In this document: in pieces, positions 56,054-64,000 of the stretch
Position numbering within the stretch: the stretch's first letter is position 1
How the letters are laid out: the number at the start of each line of letters is the position of its first letter
Assembly: GCA_027619595.1 (NCBI GenBank)
Contig: JAQCHP010000001.1
Span: 60,694 to 124,693, forward strand
Length of the DNA: 64,000 bases
Direction of reading: 5' to 3'
Origin: Planctomycetota bacterium
GTDB taxonomy: Bacteria; Planctomycetota; Planctomycetia; Pirellulales; Pirellulaceae
Position numbers and translations under genes: made by a program
The notes under the pieces: generated by a model
Told to the model about the DNA's origin: nothing
Seen by the model: only the letters and a program-made list of their open reading frames with translations
Databases searched by the model: none

Positions 56054-57357
56054 CGCAAGGTAAGGCGTTGGCAGATGGTTGTGACATGGTCGAAATCTTT
56101 AAGGTGATGGCATCCAACGCGGACCGCCGCCAACTGTGCTGCAAAGTCAACAAAGACATCGTCATCGTAAACGTTTATGAGCGCTGTGACCGCATATCCG
56201 CGCCGAAATAGTTCGCCCAATGCCAAGGCGTCGTCCGGTTCCACCTGAGACAGAATCACCACGATTGTTGCGTCACGTGGTAGGTCATGCGCTGTTTCGT
56301 GGACAAGTTCCGGTAACGTGAGTCCTTCATTGAGTTCTAACCGTGCCAGTAGCTTCATGCACTGGTCGAATTGCTGGGGGGTGCGACCCGTTTTGAGGCG
56401 AACGGGACGTAATCGATCCTGTCCCTCACGCATCTGCGCTGCGCGATGTGCGTCGGTCCGAGTGCGCGCATCGGACTTCCATCCCTCGGTGCGAATACGT
56501 TCGGCCGCGTCACGACCATTCGATATCAGGCCGACTTGTTGGCCCGTACGGAGCAGGTCCTGCGCAAGAGACGCAGCGACGGTAATCGCTAGTTCCGACC
56601 GGAAAGGCTCGTCTTTTTTCACATAGGTACGTCGATCGAAGTCCAACAGTAGCGTCGCGCCAGCCACGGACGATGGTTCGAAGACCTTGGTTTGCAGGCT
56701 ACCGCAACGAGCGGTTGCCGGCCAATGGATGCGTTGCAACGGATCGCCCGGTTGGTAGTTTCGGCAACCCGACAGTCGTGAAGGGTCCTCAAAAAGTCGG
56801 TGTGTCATCTGGATTTCGCCGATGGGCCGGCGGGACTCCAGGTAATAACCGTCCATGGCCGTTGGTTGTGGTTCGACCAGCAGAAAATCTGGTTCTGTGA
56901 GGAGTCGGAATCGGCGGTGCAGGCCAAACAAGTCGCCCGTCTCGGCTACCAACGGACCAATTTGAAAGAAGCCCCGGCGGTTGCATCGCATTTGGTAAAA
57001 AAATGTGTGCCGCTGCTTCCCCCACAAAAATAACAACTGCAGGCGACGTCCAGTTACTGCGAGACGGGGCGGTTCGAACAGCAACGCTTCGCGGGGCAAG
57101 ACATCTTCGCAGAGCACCCACACAATCGGTAAGTTGCTTTGATTTGTTACCGTTACCGCGACCGAGACGACCATACCGATTTTCGCCTCGCGGTCGCTGA
57201 TCGTGCGGCTGGCAATTAAATTAGTAGACCAATGCTGTGCCAGGAATCGGCTTACGAACAGGATGCCGAAGATCGAATACATCGCATACGCCAGCAGCGA
57301 CAGCTTCAACATGAGCGCGAGAAGGAGCACCATGCCTGCAGCGGCGTACCATTTCAT
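56041..57357 (-). CDS. DUF58 domain protein (vWA-like, MoxR partner)
   Basis: Two N-terminal TM helices. YQPGDPLQRIHWPATARCGSLQTKVFE is the DUF58 signature. ATGA overlap with the moxR stop. Confidence 0.85.
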   Translation of the reverse strand: MKWYAAAGMVLLLALMLKLSLLAYAMYSIFGILFVSRFLAQHWSTNLIASRTISDREAKIGMVVSVAVTVTNQSNLPIVWVLCEDVLPREALLFEPPRLAVTGRRLQLLFLWGKQRHTFFYQMRCNRRGFFQIGPLVAETGDLFGLHRRFRLLTEPDFLLVEPQPTAMDGYYLESRRPIGEIQMTHRLFEDPSRLSGCRNYQPGDPLQRIHWPATARCGSLQTKVFEPSSVAGATLLLDFDRRTYVKKDEPFRSELAITVAASLAQDLLRTGQQVGLISNGRDAAERIRTEGWKSDARTRTDAHRAAQMREGQDRLRPVRLKTGRTPQQFDQCMKLLARLELNEGLTLPELVHETAHDLPRDATIVVILSQVEPDDALALGELFRRGYAVTALINVYDDDVFVDFAAQLAAVRVGCHHLKDFDHVTTICQRLTLRWTA

Positions 57358-58316
57358 GCCGGGTTTGCCTCACGAGAAAGTGTCGGCACGGCCAGTGAAG
57401 CAACTATTTCCTGAAGTACCGTTGCGGCAGAAACTTTCTTAAGGCGACTCTCCGGACGCAGGATAAGACGATGAGTCAGCACCGGCTCAAAGATTTGTTT
57501 GACGTCTTCTGGTTGCACAAACGTACGTCCTCGAATGGCAGCGACGGCTTGGCTCGCCAACTGGAGCGCCAGAGTCGCACGGGGACTGGCCCCCAGACTC
57601 AAGTGTTCGTGGTCGCGTGTTGCGCGGACAATTTGCGCGATATACCGTTGTACCGAACCCTCAATATGGACCAGTCGTACCGCTTCTTGACACTGCCGCA
57701 ATTGTTCGGCCGATACCACGGGCGATAAGTGGTCCGAGTCAATTCGCTGTTTTCCGCTCCGTCCCAGCATTTCTAATTCTTCTTCTAGGCTGGGGTAACC
57801 GAGTCGGAAACGCATTAAGAAACGATCCAACTGAGCCTCCGGGAGCGGGAAGGTTCCTTCATGGTCAATCGGGTTTTGTGTCGCCATTACAAGGAACGGT
57901 CGTGGCAAAGAGCGAGTCTCTCCTTCGACGCTCACTTGGTGCTCTGCCATAGCTTCTAGCAAGGCCGATTGTGTGCGTGGCGTGGTGCGATTGATTTCAT
58001 CGGCGAGCACAATCTGCGAGAAAATGGGACCCGGCCGAAACTCGAATTGCGTGGTTTGCGGATTAAAAATTGACACGCCCGTGACATCGCTGGGAAGTAG
58101 ATCGGGAGTACATTGGATCCGTTTCAATTGGCAGCCAACACTGCGTGCCATGGCGCGGGCGAGCATCGTCTTCGCTACCCCGGGCACGTCCTCCAGCAGC
58201 ACATGGCCTTCGCAATACCAGGCGACCAGCGTCAGCACGATCTGCTGGCGTTTTCCCACGATAATCTGTTCGACGTTTGCCACGATTTTTCGCGTGATGG
58301 CGGATACATCAGTCAT
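57354..58316 (-). CDS. MoxR-family AAA+ ATPase
   Basis: HVLLEDVPGVAKTMLARAMA (Walker A variant), LADEINRTTPRTQSALLEAM (Walker B/sensor), ATQNPIDHEGTFPLPEAQLDRF. Confidence 0.92.
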   Translation of the reverse strand: MTDVSAITRKIVANVEQIIVGKRQQIVLTLVAWYCEGHVLLEDVPGVAKTMLARAMARSVGCQLKRIQCTPDLLPSDVTGVSIFNPQTTQFEFRPGPIFSQIVLADEINRTTPRTQSALLEAMAEHQVSVEGETRSLPRPFLVMATQNPIDHEGTFPLPEAQLDRFLMRFRLGYPSLEEELEMLGRSGKQRIDSDHLSPVVSAEQLRQCQEAVRLVHIEGSVQRYIAQIVRATRDHEHLSLGASPRATLALQLASQAVAAIRGRTFVQPEDVKQIFEPVLTHRLILRPESRLKKVSAATVLQEIVASLAVPTLSREANPA

Positions 58317-58387
58317 TCAGCCTCTCCTGGGAGATCGATCTCGATGTTCAGCGGGGGTATGTCCCGCGGTGACCGGGCAAGTCCTTG

Positions 58388-59458
58388 TTAATGCGGAAGA
58401 CGGTTGGCTAGGCGAGGGCTTGCGGCGAGTTGTGCCAGGAATTCTCGCGTCGCTTCCGTTGGATTCACGGAGTTCACAACGGCATTTTGGACGGCCACTC
58501 GTTCAACTCCGGTGGCCAAGACGGCGGGCAACTCAGCCAGTGTTATTCCGCCAATCGCGAACGCAGGGAGCGGTATTTCAGCCGCGACTTGTCGCAGAAA
58601 TTCTAAGCCTGCCAGTGAAGTGAACTCCTTGGTTGCGCTGGAAAAGGTGGGTCCTACTCCCAAGTAGGTGGCCCCGTCGCTGACTGCTCTTTTGGCTTGT
58701 TCCATATTGTGCGTCGATACGCCAATCCAGCAGGTCTGCCCCACACATCGTCGCGCTGCGGCTACGGACAAATCATCTTGCCCAAGGTGCACACCGTCCG
58801 CACCGACCCATGCCGCGATATCCGCTCGATCATTTACGATCATTCGCGTGCGGGTGGAACTTGTCAACGTTCGCAAGCTCTTGGCCCGGTCCAGCCATTC
58901 GCGGTCCCCCAACGTTTTGCACCGCAATTGGATCATCGGGACATCGGCATCGATCAGTTGCGTCGCCTTCGCGACGAATGCCGAGGCAGATTCCCGTTCG
59001 TCCAGCAGCACGCACAGACGGATGTCGGCCAGTTCCTGCCTCGCCCGACCGATCGCGTGCCAGGCTTTTTCTAGCGTGTACAGATCATAGCGCAGGCATT
59101 CAAATTGGTGTCCCAGTTGAGGGTCCACAATTTTGCCAAATTCTTCCAGGCTGCGGAGTGACTGCTGGCTGCGTTTCCACGCGGCTTGGACGACCTGGAG
59201 GGCATCGCGGCGTGTGAGCTCGTCGCTGGATTTGATGTAACGACCAACATCCTGTGCAGAATTGCGGGCTTGCCATAAATCGGCCGCAGGCAAGGATTGG
59301 GAAATTTCACCCAGCCGGTGCCGTAGTTCTTTGCATTGTGCCGCCAAACACGAGTCATCTTGCCCTAAACGCAACCAGTCTTCCGCTACCCGCAGCCCTT
59401 CTGCAGCGCGGTTTAAATTTGCGTCCAGGATCCGCCAAACCGCCGGGTCGTGCGCCAT
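58388..59458 (-). CDS. thiE: Thiamine-phosphate synthase with about 140-aa N-terminal helical extension
   Basis: The C-terminal 210 aa match ThiE: MIQLRCK, GADGVHLGQDD, IGVSTHN, YLGVGPTFSSATK, FAIGGI. The N-terminal region (ILDANLNRAAEGLRVAEDWLRL) is additional. Confidence 0.85.
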   Translation of the reverse strand: MAHDPAVWRILDANLNRAAEGLRVAEDWLRLGQDDSCLAAQCKELRHRLGEISQSLPAADLWQARNSAQDVGRYIKSSDELTRRDALQVVQAAWKRSQQSLRSLEEFGKIVDPQLGHQFECLRYDLYTLEKAWHAIGRARQELADIRLCVLLDERESASAFVAKATQLIDADVPMIQLRCKTLGDREWLDRAKSLRTLTSSTRTRMIVNDRADIAAWVGADGVHLGQDDLSVAAARRCVGQTCWIGVSTHNMEQAKRAVSDGATYLGVGPTFSSATKEFTSLAGLEFLRQVAAEIPLPAFAIGGITLAELPAVLATGVERVAVQNAVVNSVNPTEATREFLAQLAASPRLANRLPH

Positions 59459-59728
59459 AGATGCCCTGAATCAATCTGTCTGGGGGGTCCGCCAAAAAAG
59501 ATCCAACTCGAGTTCCGGTTCAATGGTAGCCAAGTTCCTTCCCGGTCGACACTAGCAGCTTTCCTATTTTAACGGAAGAATCCATTCGGCAGGATAGGCC
59601 GCGTATTCGCTCTAAAGCTAATGCTCATCAATACTTGCCTTGTTGCCGTGCCGGCCATTCGGTACAATCCGCCGATTCTGCGCGAATCTTGCGAAAGAGA
59701 TAATTTGCCGCTTCCAAGTTCTTTCCCT

Positions 59729-60307
59729 ATGTTTAGTAAGCCCGATATGCGAGCGCCGCGATTTATCCTTTGGAGTTGGCCCGGGCTACATTCGCTCTGG
59801 CAGACCGGGCACGTGTTTGGACTTGTCCAGGCGATTGCGTTTACCGTGCTGTTCGACGTGGTGGTCCTGAGCAGTTTCGTTTGGCCGGGATGGTTGGACG
59901 TGAATTTGCGGCACGGTTTGTGGCTGGCGCTGCTAGGTTATTGGGGACTTTCGTTTTGGTCGGCTTGTCGGAAACACGAAAACGTGACACGATCCGGAGA
60001 CCCGGGGGCCTTGTTTATGGTGGCCCAGGACGAATACTTAAAGGGAGATTGGTACGGAGCGGAACGGACGCTGCAAAAAATACTGCGTTGGCAACCGCTC
60101 GACGTTGAGGCACGATTGTTGCTTGCTACGTTACTGCGACACACCCTGCGACTTGAGGAAGCACGACTAGAATTGCGACGAATCCAAAAAATCGCCTACT
60201 CCTCGCACTGGCAACCCGAGCTGGCGCGAGAGTGGAGTGCAATTGAACGGCTGGCTTCGGACGCCACGGAAGATGTTTCCCAGGTGCGGACGGCGCAGGC
60301 CGCGTAA
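59729..60307 (+). CDS. Hypothetical membrane protein with TPR-like C-terminal helices
   Basis: Two or three TM helices (VFGLVQAIAFTVLFDVVVLSSFVW, LWLALLGYWGLSFW) followed by YLKGDWYGAERTLQKILRWQPLDVEARLLLATLL. Met 59729 is preferred; the ORF is open from 59621. Confidence 0.5.
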   Translation: MFSKPDMRAPRFILWSWPGLHSLWQTGHVFGLVQAIAFTVLFDVVVLSSFVWPGWLDVNLRHGLWLALLGYWGLSFWSACRKHENVTRSGDPGALFMVAQDEYLKGDWYGAERTLQKILRWQPLDVEARLLLATLLRHTLRLEEARLELRRIQKIAYSSHWQPELAREWSAIERLASDATEDVSQVRTAQAA

Positions 60308-60389
60308 ATCGATCGGGACCGAGAAATTACACAGAATTCAGCGAATCTTCTCACACTTTGTGGTGAGTTAATACCTAGGAGTAGCGGCC

Positions 60390-62927
60390 ATGTACGAGCG
60401 ATTCACCGACCGAGCCCGCAAAGTAATGCAGCTTGCCAATCAAGAAGCGCAACGCTTCAACCACGAGTACATCGGTACCGAGCACATTCTTTTGGGTCTC
60501 GTAAAGGAAGGGAGTGGTGTGGCGGCGAATGTGCTGAAGAATCTCGACGCCGATTTGCGCAAGATCCGTTTGGAGGTTGAGAAACTCGTTCAGAGCGGAC
60601 CCGAAATGGTGACCATGGGCAAGCTGCCGCAGACGCCTCGGGCCAAGAAGGTGATTGAGTATTCCATGGAAGAAGCCAGGAATCTCAACCATAGTTACGT
60701 CGGTACGGAACACATTTTGCTCGGGCTGTTGCGTGAGCAAGAAGGGGTTGCCGCACAAGTGCTCATGAACCTTGGCCTGAAGCTGGAAGAGGTCCGCGAG
60801 GAAGTACTCAATCTGCTCGGTCATGGTCTGGAAAGTGGTGAGTCCGAACGTGGCGGACGTGATGCGGGGCCACCGGAATCGTCACAAGCCAAAGCGGGCA
60901 AATCGAAGACACCGGCTTTGGATAGCTTTGGTCGAGATCTCACCGAGTTGGCAAAGCAGGGGAAGCTCGATCCCGTCATTGGACGAGAGCGGGAAATCGA
61001 ACGGGCGATTCAGATCCTCTGTCGTCGCACCAAGAACAATCCTGTGCTGTTAGGGGAAGCGGGCGTCGGTAAAACGGCCATCGTGGAAGGATTCGCACAA
61101 CGTGTCGTGAGTGGCAACGTGCCAGAATTGCTGGCCGACAAGCGGATTGTCGTGCTCGATTTGGCCATGATGGTGGCCGGTACGAAGTATCGAGGTCAAT
61201 TCGAAGAACGTATCAAGGCGGTGATGAATGAAGTACGCCGGGCACGCAACACGATTTTGTTTATTGACGAACTCCATACTCTGGTAGGAGCGGGTGGGGC
61301 CGAAGGCGCCATTGATGCCGCCAACGTGTTGAAGCCCGCCTTGGCACGCGGGGAGATTCAGTGCATCGGTGCCACGACACTCGACGAATACCGAAAATAT
61401 ATCGAGAAAGACAGTGCGCTCGATCGACGATTTCAGTTGATCATGGTCGAACCAGCCACCAAAGAAGAGGCCGTGGAAATACTCAAGGGTTTGCGTGATC
61501 GCTACGAAGAGCACCATCGAGTGAAATTCAGCGATGCCGCACTCGAATCTGCGGTTGAGCTATCCACGCGATACATTACCGGCCGATGCCTGCCGGATAA
61601 GGCGATTGACGTGATCGATGAGGCCGGAGCGCGCGTGCGGCTTCGTTCCATGACGCGCCCACCAGATCTCAAAGAGATCGATGACGATGTCGAACGACTC
61701 AATAAAGAAAAAGAAGACGCTGTCGCCAACCAAGATTTCGAGAAGGCTGCAGCACTGCGTGACCAAGCCGATAAGCTCCGTCGCAAAAAAGATGACATTA
61801 CGCGTGATTGGCGAGAAAAATCTCGGGAAACCGATGGTCACGTCGACGAAGATGTGATCGCGGAAGTCGTTTCCAAGATGACCGGTATTCCGTTGACGCG
61901 GCTCAGCGTGGAAGACAGCCGGCGCCTCATGAAAATGGAAGAAGACTTACATCAACGGGTCATTAGCCAAAACGAAGCAATCAAGGCGGTTGCCAAAGCC
62001 GTGCGACGCAGTCGCAGCGGATTGAAAGATCCGAAGCGGCCAACCGGTTGCTTCGTTTTTGCCGGACCGACGGGCGTCGGTAAGACCCTGTTGGCCAAGG
62101 CGTTGGCTCAGTTCATGTTTGGCAACGAAGAAGCGTTGATCCAGATAGACATGAGCGAATACATGGAAAAACACAACGTAAGCCGTCTGATCGGTGCTCC
62201 TCCCGGGTACGTTGGCTACGAAGAAGGTGGCCAATTGACGGAGAAAATTCGGCGACGCCCCTATGCCGTTGTTCTGCTTGACGAAATCGAAAAAGCCCAT
62301 CCGGATGTTTTCAATACGTTGTTGCAGGTGATGGAAGAAGGACGATTGACCGATAGTTTCGGCCGAAACGTCGATTTTCGCAATTGCGTCCTTATCATGA
62401 CGACCAATGCAGGTGCAGAAGCGATCAAGAATGAGTCGGCCTTTGGGTTCGCTAAACCCGATGGTGATGCCTCGTACGAAAGCATGAAAGAACGCGTGAA
62501 CGAACGCATTGAAAAGGTCTTCCGTCCGGAATTTCTCAATCGTCTCGATGATGTGATTATCTTCCGACACCTTAACGATGAAGATCTCAAGGATGTGATT
62601 GATTTGGAATTGAGCAAGGTTCGTTTGCGGCTCCGAGAAAAGGGGTACGAACTCGAACTGACCGACGCAGCCAAGGAATTCCTGATCAAGAAGGGATCGA
62701 ATTTGGACTATGGCGCTCGTCCGTTGCGACGTGCGATCGAAAGCTTCGTGGAAGATCCCATGTCGGAGGAGATCTTGAAAGGCGAGTTTGATGGCAAGTC
62801 CATCATTTCGATCGATGCGGTTCGTGACGAGGATGGCAAGTTGCGACGTTTGAGCTTTATCGGTCGTGCTGCCGAGCCGGTAGCTGAACCAGCCGCCGCC
62901 GCCGCAGGAAGTGAATCGGCGTCCTAG
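60390..62927 (+). CDS. clpC: ATP-dependent Clp protease ATP-binding subunit ClpC
   Basis: Double Clp_N repeat ([37 protein letters not shown]). Walker A motifs GEAGVGKT and [11 protein letters not shown]-like [28 protein letters not shown]. Confidence 0.95.
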   Translation: MYERFTDRARKVMQLANQEAQRFNHEYIGTEHILLGLVKEGSGVAANVLKNLDADLRKIRLEVEKLVQSGPEMVTMGKLPQTPRAKKVIEYSMEEARNLNHSYVGTEHILLGLLREQEGVAAQVLMNLGLKLEEVREEVLNLLGHGLESGESERGGRDAGPPESSQAKAGKSKTPALDSFGRDLTELAKQGKLDPVIGREREIERAIQILCRRTKNNPVLLGEAGVGKTAIVEGFAQRVVSGNVPELLADKRIVVLDLAMMVAGTKYRGQFEERIKAVMNEVRRARNTILFIDELHTLVGAGGAEGAIDAANVLKPALARGEIQCIGATTLDEYRKYIEKDSALDRRFQLIMVEPATKEEAVEILKGLRDRYEEHHRVKFSDAALESAVELSTRYITGRCLPDKAIDVIDEAGARVRLRSMTRPPDLKEIDDDVERLNKEKEDAVANQDFEKAAALRDQADKLRRKKDDITRDWREKSRETDGHVDEDVIAEVVSKMTGIPLTRLSVEDSRRLMKMEEDLHQRVISQNEAIKAVAKAVRRSRSGLKDPKRPTGCFVFAGPTGVGKTLLAKALAQFMFGNEEALIQIDMSEYMEKHNVSRLIGAPPGYVGYEEGGQLTEKIRRRPYAVVLLDEIEKAHPDVFNTLLQVMEEGRLTDSFGRNVDFRNCVLIMTTNAGAEAIKNESAFGFAKPDGDASYESMKERVNERIEKVFRPEFLNRLDDVIIFRHLNDEDLKDVIDLELSKVRLRLREKGYELELTDAAKEFLIKKGSNLDYGARPLRRAIESFVEDPMSEEILKGEFDGKSIISIDAVRDEDGKLRRLSFIGRAAEPVAEPAAAAAGSESAS

Positions 62928-63211
62928 TGCGACGTTCGCTGAATTGAGCGATCGAGTTATGCGGTCGATGCAGCTCCGCTGGCCAATTTGTGGCCCGCGG
63001 GGCAGCGGTCGGTTGCCTTCTTCCCATATTCACAGTGCGGCACGTTCGGCCGCTATCTTGTGCTAGCTGCGTTGTATTCGGCACGGTTCGGGCCGGCTGC
63101 GCCTCGTGTTCGCTTTGTATTTCCCCAAGCGTTATCTTCGGCTTAAGTTGCGCAGCCGTTAAGGTCGAATGAGAAGACTGTGTCTACGACCCTCTTGAGG
63201 TGCGGAACGGA

Positions 63212-64000
63212 ATGGCTTTTCAGGCGCTGACAACTCGCGTATACGACGCCTTCGCAGACTGGGGCACGTTGGTCATGGACGCCATTGTCGCGTTTGGTGG
63301 GTGGGTCCATTTCAGCTTTCAAACGATCAGCTGGCTGGTCCGTCGCTTGCCTCGTCGCGAAACGTTGATGCCGAATTTCTACGAAATAGGGGTGCTCAGC
63401 CTTCCCGTCGTGGCGCTCACCGGAACGTTTATTGGCATGGTCCTCGCCGTCCAAAGCTACTTTCAGTTTCGGCAACTGGGGCTGGAGACTCGGTTAGGTG
63501 GCGTCATTAATATGTCGTTGGTTCGGGAGCTGGGGCCGGTTCTGGCAGCGACGATGTTGGCCGGGCGGGTAGGGAGTGCAATGGCGGCTCAGCTAGGTAC
63601 CATGCGTGTGACCGAGCAAATTGATGCCATGGATAGTATGGGCGCAAACGCGATTCACTATCTGGCCGTACCGCGCTTGATTGCTTGCGTGGTCCTAATT
63701 CCCAATCTCACCGTGATGGCCGACTTCATGGGAGTCGTGGGTGGTTATTTTTATAGCGTGATGGTGTTAGGAATCGACAAACACCATTATTGGCATAATT
63801 CCGAACAGTACGTACGGGCCTGGGACTTCTTTAGCGGCGTCTTTAAGAGTGTCTTCTTTGGGGCGATCATCGCACTTGTTAGCTGCTACCGTGGCTTTAA
63901 CTGCCGCCCTGGGGCCGAGGGGGTCGGGCGGGCTGCAACGGCCGCATTCGTCGACTCATTTGTCTTCATTCTTGCGATCGATCTGCTGCTGAACATCGCA
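63212..64000 (+). CDS. mlaE: MlaE/YrbE-family ABC transporter permease (3' end runs off the window)
   Basis: ATG 63212 with an open frame to the window end (263 codons). Sequence: ...FYEIGVLSLPVVALTGTFIGMVLAVQSY...VRELGPVLAATMLAGRVGSAMAAQLGTMRVTEQIDAMDSMG... Not in the ORF track because no stop is reached. Confidence 0.85.
   Translation, partial: MAFQALTTRVYDAFADWGTLVMDAIVAFGGWVHFSFQTISWLVRRLPRRETLMPNFYEIGVLSLPVVALTGTFIGMVLAVQSYFQFRQLGLETRLGGVINMSLVRELGPVLAATMLAGRVGSAMAAQLGTMRVTEQIDAMDSMGANAIHYLAVPRLIACVVLIPNLTVMADFMGVVGGYFYSVMVLGIDKHHYWHNSEQYVRAWDFFSGVFKSVFFGAIIALVSCYRGFNCRPGAEGVGRAATAAFVDSFVFILAIDLLLNIA

Noticed and set aside
59459-59620. Looked for a TPP riboswitch upstream of thiE, and for a SAM riboswitch upstream of metK (15015..15079)
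   Set aside because: No conserved riboswitch core sequences are visible. The metK gap is only 65 nt, too short for a SAM-I aptamer plus expression platform.
1-64000. Searched by eye for tRNA/rRNA genes, CRISPR-like spaced repeats, transposase, integrase or phage genes, and toxin-antitoxin pairs
   Set aside because: None found. The only repeats are coding: the RTX nonapeptides, the 87-bp repeat and the Lys-rich tract. The window is essentially core chromosome apart from the 20.4-23.5 kb surface-protein pair.

Overview
This is a gene-dense chromosomal segment with about 55 protein genes. I saw no rRNA, tRNA, CRISPR array, transposase or integrase. All calls come from reading motifs by eye; no searches were run.

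Gene content points to Planctomycetota. The evidence is a DUF1559 prepilin-like gene, a 1229-aa SecA, an ECF sigma/Ser-Thr-kinase pair, an RTX-like protein with an LExRxxL-type N-terminus, and a beta-helix protein with a dockerin-like C-terminus.

Layout, left to right:
- 1-6.2 kb, minus strand: regulatory block with a HAMP histidine kinase, a sigma-54-dependent NtrC-type response regulator, an ECF sigma factor, a membrane Ser/Thr kinase and a DUF1559 gene.
- 6.5-20.5 kb: housekeeping genes (Prc-type protease, MBL hydrolase, secA, waaA, metK, two NDP-sugar pyrophosphorylases, DUF456).
- 20.4-23.5 kb: accessory-looking surface-protein pair (beta-helix/dockerin-like protein and RTX-like repeat protein).
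- 23.7-30.2 kb: ruvX, two HtrA-like PDZ proteases, SDR, MBL, an aromatic-rich secreted protein and an M20 peptidase.
- 30.5-45.6 kb: complete, tightly coupled nuoA-N complex I operon, followed 9 nt later by a degenerate sigma-54-activator-like regulator.
- Remainder: apbC/mrp, a tiny Lys-rich histone-H1-like gene behind a roughly 400-bp lower-GC repeat-containing leader, an M50 protease, lpxB, a YHS-like protein, a TlpA-like redoxin, a MoxR-DUF58-DUF4129 operon, thiE, clpC and the start of mlaE.

Most interesting points:
- The ECF sigma lacks the acidic DAED motif (it has DSSN) and is paired with a kinase, so it is a candidate phosphorylation-gated sigma factor.
- That kinase is split exactly at a C9 homopolymer.
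- Two other genes carry in-frame TAA stops inside conserved sequence.
- One HtrA paralogue has its PDZ inserted inside the protease fold and lacks the canonical His and Ser.
- An ATPase-dead, GAFTGA-less enhancer-binding-protein homologue is appended to the nuo operon.
- The H1-like gene sits behind an unusual leader.

I found no clear novel multi-gene defence or mobile system.
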